A DNA stretch of 64,000 nucleotides from Candidatus Latescibacterota bacterium (GTDB lineage Bacteria; Latescibacterota; UBA2968; GCA-2709665). The stretch spans positions 4,704,001 through 4,768,000 of the forward strand of contig CBDCOX010000002.1 in the NCBI GenBank assembly GCA_965219995.1. Direction: 5' to 3'. Position numbers and translations under genes: made by a program. The first letter of the stretch is position 1, and every line of letters begins with the position of its first letter. Shown one piece after another: positions 19,544 to 30,273 of the stretch. The notes beneath the pieces are model-generated. The model was not told where the DNA came from. It saw only the letters and a list, made by a program, of their open reading frames with translations, and ran no database searches.

Positions 19544-20596
19544 TCATCGTTCGAACATGGATCGGAGCTCCGCGGTGCGACGGTCGGCGCTGAGGGGCGT
19601 CACGAGGATCTGTCGAAGCTGCGCCAGGCGCGCCTTCGGGTTCCGCCACCTGCTGAGGAGCGGATGACGCGGGTCGGGCAGGGCATCCAGCAGGGACTGC
19701 GCGGCAAGGAGGTGGAAGATGAAATGGTGTCCATCCAGCAGGGCCGTGATCTCCGTCTGGGACTCTGCGCGGTATTCCGACGCAAGGGCGGCATATCGCG
19801 CGGTCAGGGCGGGCGTGAGCGCGCTGAGGGTCCGGCCATCCGGTCGTCCTGCGCCGTGGGAGGTCGTGTACTGGGTCAGCCGGCGTTCGGGCCAGTCCCA
19901 TCCGATTTTGGAGAATTCGATGAAACGGAGAGATGGCTCGTTGATGACGATGTTGCGGGCGTGGTAGTCGGTCGGGCCGGGCAGCGGCGAGGCCTGTTCG
20001 AGAAACCGTAGAAGATCGGATAGCCCATCCGTGATTGATGGCAAAGGCTTGCAGATGGCAGACTGCGAGAGCTGTTCGATGAGCTGTGGGAGGCCCCGCG
20101 CAAGAGGTCGGGTGGCTTTGCGCCAGGTACGGACAAGATCCTTCGGGTGGCAACCCGGAAAGGTCCGCGGCGCGAAAACGTCGCTGTGCGCATGAAGGAC
20201 GGATTGAATCCGGCAGAAGCCCTCAACGGCAAGACGGCCGTAAGCTCCCGCGCCGCCCTCCTGGCAGACGTCGTCGAACGTCTGGTCGCCGCACCATTCG
20301 AAGAAGACCAGGTCGTGGTCGCTGTCCGCGGCATAGAGCTGGGGAACCGGGGCCCCGGACAGGCGCGCGTGGACGAGCTGTTCGACGGCCAGCAGGTCAT
20401 GGGGTTTCCCGCGTGCGAGGGGAGCGAAAACGTGGTGTTTGGCAACGAGGAACGAACCGTTGCCCAGGACGATCTTCCAGACGTTCGGATGACCGGGGAC
20501 GGGCCGGAGTTCTTCTACCGTGGACCCGCCGGGAACGGCGGCGGCAGCGATGCGCCTGATGGCCTCGAGCGTCGATTCGGCGGAAGGAGCAGGCAT
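19544..20596 (-). CDS. Atypical APH/choline-kinase-like phosphotransferase
   Basis: NVWKI..LVAK, VPQLYAAD, PTDYHARNIV (catalytic-loop-like), FIEFSKIG (DFE-like); start MPAPSAE inferred. Confidence 0.55.
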   Translation of the reverse strand: MPAPSAESTLEAIRRIAAAAVPGGSTVEELRPVPGHPNVWKIVLGNGSFLVAKHHVFAPLARGKPHDLLAVEQLVHARLSGAPVPQLYAADSDHDLVFFEWCGDQTFDDVCQEGGAGAYGRLAVEGFCRIQSVLHAHSDVFAPRTFPGCHPKDLVRTWRKATRPLARGLPQLIEQLSQSAICKPLPSITDGLSDLLRFLEQASPLPGPTDYHARNIVINEPSLRFIEFSKIGWDWPERRLTQYTTSHGAGRPDGRTLSALTPALTARYAALASEYRAESQTEITALLDGHHFIFHLLAAQSLLDALPDPRHPLLSRWRNPKARLAQLRQILVTPLSADRRTAELRSMFER

Positions 20597-20613
20597 GGAT
20601 CGTGTATGATGCG

Positions 20614-21885
20614 TTACTTCTGCTGGATCTGGCGCTTTCTCAGCGTGAGGAATTCCGGGGCTTCCCGAATACAGGAGACAAGGATGCCGAGGGAACGCCT
20701 GAAGGCGTTGAATCCCGTCCGTCGGATCTCGGCGGCGGCTTCTCCCACGGCGTCGAATCCGTCTTGCGTGGGCGCAAGGCCCTCCCAATTCCTGAAAAGG
20801 CGGCCCCAGTCGCTATCCAGAACTTTCCGCATTCGTTTCCTGGCGAGAAACGGATACCAGAAGGTGTCGTGGTAGAGAACGCTGGCCAGGTACGACCAGG
20901 GTGCGAGGAAGGTCTTGAGAGACCACTCGACGGGCTTTTTGAGCGGTCCCCAATAGATCTTGTGCTGCATTCGCGACGCGAATGTCATTCTTCGGAAGGG
21001 ACCGGCGAAGTGCCAGTTTTCTTCTGCCGCGGCCGTATCCCCCGCAATCCGGATCTCGCGCGGGTCGCCGCAACCCAGGCCGCGGTCGTGCGCGAGGCGG
21101 ATGTACTTGATTGAAAGCGGATCCATTCCCATCATCCTCGCCGCCACCGCATCGATGGCCACCTGGTCCGCGCTCGCCAGGATGACATTTTTGGTGTACG
21201 GAATCATACACCGCGGGCCGGGTCCGTCACCCGCGAAGGTGCCGTCCATGACCGCGAATACGCCGGGATGGATTTTCTTCTGGATCGTCAGCAGATCCAC
21301 CAGGGTCTCGTGGATGACCGGATGGGTCCAGTGGCGCCGTTCGTTGAGGAGACCGCCGAAGGCGTTCTTCATGGCCCCGGTTGTGGTGGTAAACACGTGG
21401 GTCTTGACGGTGGGCAGGTGGATGATGTTCTCGCCGATCAGGCGCCGGGGAATGTGAAAGCCGTCGGGATAGACCTGGTTCAGGCACATGAAACCGTCGG
21501 CGAGATCGCCTACCGCGTCGCGGACGTGGACCCATTCCTCGCCTTCGTAGAGGTGGATATTCCGAAGGCCGTGGGCATTGACAACGTGGACCTGCTTGTT
21601 CTCTCTCTCGCCCAGGCGGGCGTCGATGACGACCGTCCGGTTGTGGCAGGCGTGGATCAGGTCTTTGCGATATCCGTCCCTCGCCATGGCGCGGATCACA
21701 CCTTCGAGCTGCCACGGCGTCGTGGAACTTCCGGGATAAAAGAAATGCCAGGAAATATTCACCTTCAGGGCCGTGTCGATCTTCCTGTCCAATACGTCCT
21801 GGTACCCGGCAAGGTTCATCAGCCGGTGATAGTCTCTCAAGACCGTGTCAGGCCTGGTTTTCAGGACGGCAACCCGGCTCTGCAT
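20614..21885 (-). CDS. DUF362-domain protein
   Basis: LKVNISW, LPTVKTH..TTTGAMKNAFGG, DGTFAGDGPGP, DQVAIDAV. Confidence 0.8.
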   Translation of the reverse strand: MQSRVAVLKTRPDTVLRDYHRLMNLAGYQDVLDRKIDTALKVNISWHFFYPGSSTTPWQLEGVIRAMARDGYRKDLIHACHNRTVVIDARLGERENKQVHVVNAHGLRNIHLYEGEEWVHVRDAVGDLADGFMCLNQVYPDGFHIPRRLIGENIIHLPTVKTHVFTTTTGAMKNAFGGLLNERRHWTHPVIHETLVDLLTIQKKIHPGVFAVMDGTFAGDGPGPRCMIPYTKNVILASADQVAIDAVAARMMGMDPLSIKYIRLAHDRGLGCGDPREIRIAGDTAAAEENWHFAGPFRRMTFASRMQHKIYWGPLKKPVEWSLKTFLAPWSYLASVLYHDTFWYPFLARKRMRKVLDSDWGRLFRNWEGLAPTQDGFDAVGEAAAEIRRTGFNAFRRSLGILVSCIREAPEFLTLRKRQIQQK

Positions 21886-21947
21886 AATGAGTGCCTTCGA
21901 ACGGTGGCGGTGATGGGGTGAGACCCGTAACGGTCGACCGGACCGGC

Positions 21948-22817
21948 TTATTTGAAATAGAGCAGGGCGAAAACGGCGAGAAACCAGAGGCCGCCGTTGA
22001 TCAGCAGCGACGGATCGCCCAGGATGGTTGAGGACGGATTGCCGCCCTCGTTCCTGGCGTACACCAGATAGAGGTAGCGCAGCAGTCCGTAGATCACGAA
22101 GGGTATGGTGAGGTTTAGATGCGGTGTTCCGAGTTTCTGGACGACGTCGGGTGACATGGTATACAGCGCGTACGAAACGAGTGCGCCCGCTGTGACCACG
22201 GCGATCATCTGGTCCAGGAACCGCGGCGTATATTCATCCAGAATGCGGCGATGTCCGGCCGCGCCGGCTTCCAGGAGGATCAGTTCCTGCCGGCGTTTGA
22301 CAAATCCCATAAAGAGCGCCAGGAGGACGGTGCATAGAATCAGCCACGAAGAGATCTCCACGCTGATGACCAGCGCGCCGGCGATGGCCCGGAACAGATA
22401 TCCCGAGGCGATGATCATCACGTCAAGGATCACGATATGTTTCAGGTAGAGCGAATAGGCGACGTTCATCAGCCCGTAAGCGAGGAGAATACACCCGAAG
22501 GGGATGCTCAACAGAAAGGCAGGAGGAAGCACCAGAAGCGCGATTGCAATGGAGGCGGCAGCCGCTGCGGTGAGGCCCAGCCTTCCCGATGCAACCGGCC
22601 GGTTGCGTTTTTCGGGGTGCCGGCGGTCGGATTCGACGTCCCGGACGTCGTTCAGAAGGTAAACCGCGCTCGACATGAAGCAGAAGAGGACGAACGCGAC
22701 CCCGCTGAGAAGCAGGTAGCGCCCGTCGAGCAAGTGTTCCGAGAAGACCAGCGGGGCCAGCACGAACACGCTCTTGATCCATTGGTGCGGCCGCAGGGAT
22801 TGAATGAGTGGACGCAT
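21948..22817 (-). CDS. UbiA-family polyprenyl-phosphate phosphoribosyltransferase
   Basis: LRPHQWIK, YLLNDVRDVESDRRHPEKRNRPVASG, YSLYLKH, KRRQE; multiple TM segments. Confidence 0.9.
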   Translation of the reverse strand: MRPLIQSLRPHQWIKSVFVLAPLVFSEHLLDGRYLLLSGVAFVLFCFMSSAVYLLNDVRDVESDRRHPEKRNRPVASGRLGLTAAAAASIAIALLVLPPAFLLSIPFGCILLAYGLMNVAYSLYLKHIVILDVMIIASGYLFRAIAGALVISVEISSWLILCTVLLALFMGFVKRRQELILLEAGAAGHRRILDEYTPRFLDQMIAVVTAGALVSYALYTMSPDVVQKLGTPHLNLTIPFVIYGLLRYLYLVYARNEGGNPSSTILGDPSLLINGGLWFLAVFALLYFK

Positions 22818-22893
22818 AGGCGGGAGGGTTCGGAGGTTGGAAGACCGGGATCGGAATTCCGGTGGATCAGTACCGGCCTCCGCAATGCAGCTT

Positions 22894-25800
22894 TCAGATC
22901 GTCAGGCCGAAGTAGATGCGGTTGTTGTCGATGTCCTGGCCCTGGATGCTGTCGCGGGTGGGGAAGGCAATCTGGAAATAACCGTAGAGGGGAATCCGGT
23001 AGTGCGTGAACATCTGCATGCGGAGTTCGAAGCCCCAGTCGGTCAGGAAGGCCGATCGTTTGAACCTGTCGTCTGAATCGAGCAGGGCCCGCAGGCTCTC
23101 GAAATTGCCCGTGGCGCCGGTTTCGACGAAGAACGTGCCGTAGACTTTATCGAAGAAGTAAGGCGGAAGTTCCTTCGCGGCATTTTTGAAGATAGGAAAG
23201 GTCAGGCTGGCCCTCGCGAGCAGGGCTTTGCCCCCGGACGTGGAGAAATACGGATACCCTCTGAGGGTGCCGATCCCGCCCAGATAATACCGCAGAGGAT
23301 AGTAGAACACGCCTTCGGCCGATGAGGTGTTCTCCTGTACGTCCTTGATCGGTTTGTCCTTGTATGCGAGGAACGCCTGGAGGGCAAGCGTCGATCGGCC
23401 GCCGAGGCCGATGAATTCATTCCAGGACACGACGTACTCATTAATGCCCAACTTCGTCGGATCCGACATGTAGGTCGGGGCCGCAACGCCGTCCTGGTTC
23501 AACTGGGACCGAAACAGAGAGTCGGTAACAGAGGCGTTGATGCGCCGGTACCTTAGAGTAATCGCCCTGCCGCGGGACGGGTTCACGAACATATCCTTTG
23601 CCGGCTGGAAATTGAAATATCGCCAGCCGACCGTGAGGTCGTTGCTCCTGAAAAAGCTGAGATCACGATACAGGAAATCGTCGAAAACGACCTCGTCTTC
23701 GCCCAGGCCGGGTATCTGGTCGGTGATGTCGGTAATGACGCCGCTTCTGTTCTGGACCAGCCTCGTGCTGTCCAGGATGACCTGATGTATATGGGCGCTC
23801 TCCTTGTACCGCCTGCGGCCGTACGTCATCGAAACCACCTGCCGCCTGCCGATGCTGGTTTCAATGCCCACCACGAAATCATTGAACAGGTTCTTGTACT
23901 TGTCTTCCTGGGTGAGCGAGAGGTTGGTGAAACTGGTGACCCCGGGCACCAGCCGGAGTGTATCGTCAATCACGATCTGCAGCGTGCCCGACGTGGTGTC
24001 CCGGCGGGCATCCACGATGCCCCGGTCGATCTGGCTGTTGATGGTCTGCTGGCTGGCGCCGACGAAAATCCTGGGCGCGTACGTCCGGTCTTCGGTGTGA
24101 ACCGCCGGCAGGCCCCTCGTATAGAACGCGGAGAAATTGGAGTTCAGGTCCACGCCCTTTTTCAGGTTCTTGCCAACCGTAAACCCGGTGTAGATATTGT
24201 CGCTTCCCAGGAGGTCGCCCCACGCGGCTTCGGCGCCCACGCTCAGCTGATCCAGGCCGAACCGGTTGCCGATAAAGGTCGGTCCCAGCACCAGAATGGG
24301 CACGACGCCGATGGAAGACAGGCGTGGAGCATACCTGCCGGTATTGAACAGGTCGCCGATTTTCTTGCCCTTGTAGATGCTGCTGTAGTCCCGCACCAGG
24401 GAATCGGCCGGCGCGGCCGCCACGGCGCCGGACTTCCGGATGCGGTAGATGTTGTAATTCGCGGCATGGTATCCCGAGTAGAGGATTTCGTCGCCACCGG
24501 GCGAAACCGAGGGCGAAAAAGCGCCTCCGATGACGTTGGAGAGCTGTTCCTGCCTTCCCGTGGTGAGGTCGAGGGCGTAGATGTTGAAGATGCCGGTCCG
24601 GTCGGAGGCGTACACGATACCGCCGCCGCCGGGAAGCCAGACCGCGTCACGTTCATCGGCTCCGGTGTTGATGATTACCTCGAAGCCCGCGTTGTTGGCG
24701 TAGGCCAGGCTGTCGGGGAAGGCGACCATGCTGTCTCGGCTCGCGGCTTCAGCCAGCGCGAGGCTGTCGGCCTCCGCCTGGACGCTGTCCATCCCGGTTT
24801 CGGCTTTCTTCCTTTCGGCGATACGCTCGGCCAACTCCTGCTTTTCGGTCTTCTTCTTGTCGGTTTTCTTCGGCCGCGGCGTGGCATCCGCGCTGATGAC
24901 GGCAATGTCCCGATCTTCCCCCCGGAAAATGCTGAAAAGGAGTCTGTTTCCGTCTTCCGACCACCGGGGCGTGTAATATTGCGTGCCGTTGTTGTTGTTG
25001 GTCAGATAGCGGACCTCCGTGCCATCGATGTTTACGATGCCCAGGTTGGAGGTCCCGTCCCGATTGCCCACGAAGGCGATTTTCGTCCCGTCGGGAGACA
25101 CGGCCGGGTCTCTTCCCCGCAGGCCGACGGTGACGCGCCGCTCCTTGCGCGTGATGAGATCGTAGATGAAGATGTCCCAGTTGCCCCCGACGGATTTACT
25201 GTACACCAGGGCGTTGCCGTCGGGCATCCATGAAAAGGGAAGGTTAACGTATTTCCCGTATTTCCGGCTTCTGGCCACCTTTGTCAGCTTTCGCGTGGTC
25301 AGATCCATCACGAGCATCTCCATGATGGCGTAGTCGCTTCCCTCGTTGCTGATGAACGCCATTTTCGTGCCGTCGGGCGAGTAGGTGGGGAAGTGTTCCA
25401 CGTCTCCCCGGTCCGAGAGCAGTTCGCCCTCCCGCTCTCCTGATGCGCGGATGGAGTCCGCGAGTTCGCCATATTTGCGATCGAGATGTGCCGTCCATTC
25501 GTCGTAGAGTTCAGGAGCGGATCTGCCGGTGCTTTTCTTGACCGCGGATTTGAAGTTGACAATCGGCCGGTGCCTGGACATCGCCCGCACCGAGTCCTGG
25601 CCGTAGGTCTCGGCCAGGTAATTCAGGAAGGCATAGCCCTGGTTGTAGACCTGTTCCGATTTGAATCCGTCCTTGCCGAACACGCCCATGTTCGTATAGG
25701 AAAGCAGGTCGTCTTCGAGCGTCGCCATCCGCAGGATCATGTCCCGGTGGGTGTCCCAGAGGTCTCCCCCGTACTTTTTGGACTCAAACTGGGCGATCCC

Positions 25801-26460
25801 TTCCGCGTACCAGTTCGGCATCGCGGAGTGGTAGAGCGGGAGAAAGAAGCCGAAGTCCGGATTCTGGTTGGAGCGGCTGCTGCCGAGCAGGCCGAAGACA
25901 AAGGGCATGCTGTTGTGAGAAGATTTGAGCGTGATGTGGTGGGTGAGTTCGTGGGTGAACACGTCGAGCACCCAGTCGTGAGTGCCTCGAGAGTCCCAGT
26001 TGGCGGGTGTGGCCCCGAAGAATATCAGATTTCCCAGGTAGGCCGAGTAGGCGTTTCCCAGAATGTCGATGTCGGAAACGACCACGTGAACCGGGGCGTA
26101 GCGATCTATGGAACCCGGGTAGTGACGGGATATCTTCTCGAAGGTGTCGTCCGCAATTTCGGCGATGCGGCGGGCCGTGTTTTCCGCTTCCGCGTAGTAG
26201 ATGGCGAAATACTTCGTGCGGATTGCCCGTGCGCCCGGCACGTGGAGGCCGAGCAGGGCAGGAAAGAAATGACGCTCGTGCCGATCCCAGGTGTAATCGG
26301 GCATGGTGCGGTTCAACGGGACGTCGGCAATGTCTACCGTGGGACCGAATTTGTACTTCCTGGGAATCTGCTGGGCGTCTGACGGGATCGTCGCGCCGGA
26401 CGAAAACGTGATCAGAACTGCGGTGAAGAGGCCGATGGACAGGATCGTGGATCGGTTCAC
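22894..26460 (-). CDS. Outer-membrane protein: zincin (HELTH) domain + PD40/TolB-like propeller + BamA/Omp85-like barrel
   Basis: Signal peptide from GTG 26460; HELTH...AEGIA; PTYSPDG, PAVSPDG and PSVSPGG repeats; LGGIGTLRGYP and terminal IYFGLTI. Confidence 0.8.
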   Translation of the reverse strand: MNRSTILSIGLFTAVLITFSSGATIPSDAQQIPRKYKFGPTVDIADVPLNRTMPDYTWDRHERHFFPALLGLHVPGARAIRTKYFAIYYAEAENTARRIAEIADDTFEKISRHYPGSIDRYAPVHVVVSDIDILGNAYSAYLGNLIFFGATPANWDSRGTHDWVLDVFTHELTHHITLKSSHNSMPFVFGLLGSSRSNQNPDFGFFLPLYHSAMPNWYAEGIAQFESKKYGGDLWDTHRDMILRMATLEDDLLSYTNMGVFGKDGFKSEQVYNQGYAFLNYLAETYGQDSVRAMSRHRPIVNFKSAVKKSTGRSAPELYDEWTAHLDRKYGELADSIRASGEREGELLSDRGDVEHFPTYSPDGTKMAFISNEGSDYAIMEMLVMDLTTRKLTKVARSRKYGKYVNLPFSWMPDGNALVYSKSVGGNWDIFIYDLITRKERRVTVGLRGRDPAVSPDGTKIAFVGNRDGTSNLGIVNIDGTEVRYLTNNNNGTQYYTPRWSEDGNRLLFSIFRGEDRDIAVISADATPRPKKTDKKKTEKQELAERIAERKKAETGMDSVQAEADSLALAEAASRDSMVAFPDSLAYANNAGFEVIINTGADERDAVWLPGGGGIVYASDRTGIFNIYALDLTTGRQEQLSNVIGGAFSPSVSPGGDEILYSGYHAANYNIYRIRKSGAVAAAPADSLVRDYSSIYKGKKIGDLFNTGRYAPRLSSIGVVPILVLGPTFIGNRFGLDQLSVGAEAAWGDLLGSDNIYTGFTVGKNLKKGVDLNSNFSAFYTRGLPAVHTEDRTYAPRIFVGASQQTINSQIDRGIVDARRDTTSGTLQIVIDDTLRLVPGVTSFTNLSLTQEDKYKNLFNDFVVGIETSIGRRQVVSMTYGRRRYKESAHIHQVILDSTRLVQNRSGVITDITDQIPGLGEDEVVFDDFLYRDLSFFRSNDLTVGWRYFNFQPAKDMFVNPSRGRAITLRYRRINASVTDSLFRSQLNQDGVAAPTYMSDPTKLGINEYVVSWNEFIGLGGRSTLALQAFLAYKDKPIKDVQENTSSAEGVFYYPLRYYLGGIGTLRGYPYFSTSGGKALLARASLTFPIFKNAAKELPPYFFDKVYGTFFVETGATGNFESLRALLDSDDRFKRSAFLTDWGFELRMQMFTHYRIPLYGYFQIAFPTRDSIQGQDIDNNRIYFGLTI

Positions 26461-26594
26461 GTGCTTCTCCTGGACTTCAATGGATGGATTGGGGTGGATT
26501 GGACGGCCGACGGGACGTTGCGCGACGCGCCTCCGCGCCGGTCGGCTATAAAAGTATACAATTAGACCTCCCAAGACAACGAACGGTTCCAATT

Positions 26595-27584
26595 TCAGTC
26601 CGCCGGGAGGTGTTGCCCGGTCCGCAGAATACACGCGACGCTGTGGTTCCCGCCGATTTCGAGCAGTTCCGGAACGACTCTCGTACATGCGTCTTCCCGT
26701 TCCGGGCAGCGCGGATGAAAGGGACAGCCGTGAGGGACGTTGGCGGGGCTGGGGACGTCCCCGGTCAGCACTGTGCGCTGCTTCCTGATGCGCGGGTCCG
26801 GTACGGGGACGGCCGAAAGGAGGGCGCGGGTATATGGGTGCTGCGGAGCGTCGCACAGGGTGTGGCTCTCCGCGATTTCCACGATGCGCCCCAGGTACAT
26901 CACCGCGATACGGTTGGAGATATGTTTGACAACGCTCAGGTCGTGCGCAACAAAGAGGAAGGTGAGGCCGAACCGGACCTGAAGATCCTGTAGCAAATTG
27001 ATGATCTGGGCCTGGATCGACACATCCAGGGCCGAAACGGGTTCATCCGCGACGATGAATTCCGGATTCACGGCCAGAGCGCGGGAAATGCCGATTCGCT
27101 GACGCTGCCCGCCGCTGAATTCGTGCGGATACCGGCGGGCATGGTCCGGGCGGAGGCCCACCGTGTCCAGGAGTTCGGCCACCCGCTCCCGCGTATCGCT
27201 CCCATCGGTAAGTTTGTGGATTTTCAGCGCTTCGGCCAGCATCCCCCCGACGGTCATACGGGGATTCAGCGAGCTGTATGGGTCCTGGAATATGATCTGC
27301 ATCCGGCGCCGTACGCCGCGAAGCTCCGTCCGGTTCAAACCGAAGACGTCGGCGCCGTTAAACAGCACGCGCCCCTCCGTGGCCTCGATGAGCCGCAAAA
27401 TGGTCCTCCCCGCCGTCGTTTTGCCGCATCCGGATTCCCCCACCAGACCCAGGGTCTCCCCCCGTTGAACCGAAAAGGAGACGCCGTCGACGGCCTTGAC
27501 GTAGCCGACGGTCCGGGAAAAAACCCCGCGGGTTATCGGGAAGTGCTTCTTGAGGCCGTGGACTTCGAGCAGAGGCTTTGACAT
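26595..27584 (-). CDS. oppF: Peptide ABC transporter ATP-binding subunit (OppF/DppF-like)
   Basis: [21 protein letters not shown]-terminal GCPFHPRC. Confidence 0.93.
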   Translation of the reverse strand: MSKPLLEVHGLKKHFPITRGVFSRTVGYVKAVDGVSFSVQRGETLGLVGESGCGKTTAGRTILRLIEATEGRVLFNGADVFGLNRTELRGVRRRMQIIFQDPYSSLNPRMTVGGMLAEALKIHKLTDGSDTRERVAELLDTVGLRPDHARRYPHEFSGGQRQRIGISRALAVNPEFIVADEPVSALDVSIQAQIINLLQDLQVRFGLTFLFVAHDLSVVKHISNRIAVMYLGRIVEIAESHTLCDAPQHPYTRALLSAVPVPDPRIRKQRTVLTGDVPSPANVPHGCPFHPRCPEREDACTRVVPELLEIGGNHSVACILRTGQHLPAD

Positions 27585-27585
27585 G

Positions 27586-28584
27586 TCAATCCGATCGCGT
27601 CACGGGAGAGGGGTAATCTTCGACCATCCAGCAGGCCACGTGGCGGCTGCCGGCGGTCGGTTCCAGGCGCGGTTCGTCCGTTACACACACGTCTTCCGCC
27701 AGGGAACACCGGGGCGCAAACCGGCATCCGGAGGGAAAACGGGTCGCGTCGGGCACCGTGCCCGGAATCACGGACAGCCGGTTCTTCTCTTCGTTGAGCG
27801 TGGGTATGGATTCCAGCAAGCCCCTCGTGTAGGGGTGCTGAGGGCTCGCGAAGATCTCGTCAACCGTTCCGGTCTCCACGATCTTCCCGGCGTACATGAC
27901 CGCCACGCGGTCCGCGACTTCCGCGATGACTCCCAGGTCGTGGGTGATCATCAGGACGGCCATCCCCAATTCCCTCTGAAGCCGGTCCAGAAGCTCCAGA
28001 ATCTGTGCCTGAATGGTCACGTCCAGCGCCGTGGTGGGCTCGTCGGCGATCAGCAGTTCCGGATTGCAGGAAAGGGCCATGGCAATCATCACCCGCTGGC
28101 GCATGCCGCCGGAGAGCTGGTGAGGGTACTCGTTCGCCCGATGTTCCGGATCCGGAATGCCCACCAGGTTGAGCATGTCCACGGTTTTGGCCCGGGCGGC
28201 GTCTCTGGCGAGGCGCTGGTGGAGCATTACGGCTTCGTCAATCTGGTCTCCGCAGGTAAACACAGGGTTGAGGCTGGTCATCGGCTCCTGGAAGATCATC
28301 GCGATGTCGTTGCCCCTGACACCCTGGAAAGCGGCTTCATCCAGATTCAGCAGATTCCGTCCGTTGAATCGGATCTCGCCATCGACGATTTCACCCGGCG
28401 GTTCCGGTATCAGACGCATGACGGACAACGATGTTACGCTCTTTCCGCACCCGGATTCTCCCACCAGACCCAGTGTTTCACCCTTGTCCAGAGTAAAGGA
28501 GACGCCATCCACGGCTTTGGCGATGCCGCCATCCGTATGGAAGTACGTCTTCAGCTCTTGGACGGTCAGAAGGGGCTCCGACAT
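27586..28584 (-). CDS. oppD: Peptide ABC transporter ATP-binding subunit (OppD/DppD-like)
   Basis: [33 protein letters not shown]. Confidence 0.93.
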   Translation of the reverse strand: MSEPLLTVQELKTYFHTDGGIAKAVDGVSFTLDKGETLGLVGESGCGKSVTSLSVMRLIPEPPGEIVDGEIRFNGRNLLNLDEAAFQGVRGNDIAMIFQEPMTSLNPVFTCGDQIDEAVMLHQRLARDAARAKTVDMLNLVGIPDPEHRANEYPHQLSGGMRQRVMIAMALSCNPELLIADEPTTALDVTIQAQILELLDRLQRELGMAVLMITHDLGVIAEVADRVAVMYAGKIVETGTVDEIFASPQHPYTRGLLESIPTLNEEKNRLSVIPGTVPDATRFPSGCRFAPRCSLAEDVCVTDEPRLEPTAGSRHVACWMVEDYPSPVTRSD

Positions 28585-28693
28585 AAGGCCGAACCTATAT
28601 TGAACCTGCGCCTGTTGCGAATGCGCCGCGAACCGGGCGGGCGCGTGGGCTCGAAAACAACATCATGACTCGATAGGCAGTCGCTCCGCCGGG

Positions 28694-29437
28694 TCAGAAG
28701 AGCGGCGGGTTCAGATGCAGCCAGTCTTCGAGCAGGAAATCCACGCGGCCGATGAGCAGGGAAATACGCGCCATGACGGTATAACCGAACGAAGCGCCGA
28801 ACGAAACCATCAGGAAGTAGATGCCCACCCTGGAGATGCCGCCCACAACTCCTTTATGTTCGACGGAAAAGTAAAAGTAGATGAGGACGCTCACGACGCC
28901 GATCAGGATGATCGCAGGATTCAGTACGGCCCATCCGAAGTCCGCCGACGCCTGGGAAAACGGGCTTATTGTGGGTTCGATCTGTTCGATGATGAAGGAG
29001 GCCACGCGGCGGGGGATGGCCAGGCCCGCGCCGAGCCCCACGAAGAAAGCGAAGGAGATGCGGCTGAGCCACACCCCTCGGCCGAAAAAGCGGGTCATCA
29101 GAAAGAGACCGAGACATGCCGGAACGAGCACCAGCCATCTGACGCCCGTGTCGGCCGGTGGACGGAAGAGAGGATTCACCACGTCCACCAGGATGCTCTG
29201 GTACCAGACCAGCGCCAGTTCGTATGCGGCAACAACGCCCACGTAGAGGTGCTCGGCCAGCTTGAAGAGCGGATTGTCCCTGTAGAGGAAGCTGTACAGC
29301 GCGAGCGTGATCCCGGCGGCGAGGATAATTCCGAACCCCGACCAGTTCGCCTGAAGGTCGCCGGTGGCCAGCAGATACCCGTTTACGACCGCAAAGAGCA
29401 GAATGAAGACCGGGAAGACGATGTTTTCTCTATTCAT
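28694..29437 (-). CDS. Uncharacterised polytopic membrane protein (GlmL-associated cluster)
   Basis: About 7 hydrophobic segments; SFLYRDNPLFKLAEHLYVG and SFGASFGYTVMARISLLIGR; ATGA overlap with the upstream gene. Confidence 0.8.
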   Translation of the reverse strand: MNRENIVFPVFILLFAVVNGYLLATGDLQANWSGFGIILAAGITLALYSFLYRDNPLFKLAEHLYVGVVAAYELALVWYQSILVDVVNPLFRPPADTGVRWLVLVPACLGLFLMTRFFGRGVWLSRISFAFFVGLGAGLAIPRRVASFIIEQIEPTISPFSQASADFGWAVLNPAIILIGVVSVLIYFYFSVEHKGVVGGISRVGIYFLMVSFGASFGYTVMARISLLIGRVDFLLEDWLHLNPPLF

Positions 29438-30273
29438 GCCGCTGTTCCTTTACGAACGGCGCTTCGGTGCAGAAAGTAGACGACGTTTCCCAGCAGGATG
29501 AACCCGATGATGACCAGATGTGCGACGGATTGCGGACGCATGCCGCTGACCGCCAGCGCTCTCTTGCCCACCAGGGCTTCGTATTCCGCGGCGCCGGCGA
29601 GCCCGCCGATGAGGCCGTCGAGCTGCCGGGACTGAAGGAAGGGGAAGAAATCAGGCGCCATCACGGCGGTACATCCGGCCCCCAGGGGGAACCGGTATCG
29701 TTCCTGCCCGTACGCGATCCATTCGTCGACGCCGGGAAAGCCGGCAGCCAGATCGATCACGTAATCGAAGTCTTTCAGCGACTGCAGATTGCGGGTGAGA
29801 GACATTTCAGAGGTGGCGACGCCCCGGATGTCTTCGGGAAACGCGCCCTGCAGGTCCTGGCCCATATTCAGGATCAGGATCGGGCCGCCGGCCTTGAACC
29901 CGAGGAACGCATAGTCCGTTCCGTTCACGCGTCCGTATTCCTCCCCCGCCGTCTCAAACGCCTGCATGGCGAGCCCCACGGCTTCGGTGATGAGCGTCAC
30001 GCCCACCACCCGGATGTTCCGGCTGAAGCAGTGGCGAAGAATGGCCAGGGCCATGGGCTGGAGTTCCGGCTGCGAACTGGGTCCGTAGTCGAAGGAGATG
30101 AGCACGACGGCATCGGGATCTCCGGAAAGGCTTTCTATCGAATCGTAGACCGCGCGCACGTTGGGCGTGGCCTTGATGGGCAGTTCGAAGCCGATGAGCA
30201 GAGGGATGCATACGGCGAGAAAGACGGCCAGGTAGACGATGCGCCGGTCGATATTCAGAAGGCGTTCGATCAT
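29434..30273 (-). CDS. Uncharacterised membrane-anchored alpha/beta protein (GlmL-associated cluster)
   Basis: Start MIERLLNIDRR overlaps the upstream stop; N- and C-terminal TM helices; SFDYGPSS, GGLAGAAEYE. Confidence 0.8.
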   Translation of the reverse strand: MIERLLNIDRRIVYLAVFLAVCIPLLIGFELPIKATPNVRAVYDSIESLSGDPDAVVLISFDYGPSSQPELQPMALAILRHCFSRNIRVVGVTLITEAVGLAMQAFETAGEEYGRVNGTDYAFLGFKAGGPILILNMGQDLQGAFPEDIRGVATSEMSLTRNLQSLKDFDYVIDLAAGFPGVDEWIAYGQERYRFPLGAGCTAVMAPDFFPFLQSRQLDGLIGGLAGAAEYEALVGKRALAVSGMRPQSVAHLVIIGFILLGNVVYFLHRSAVRKGTAA

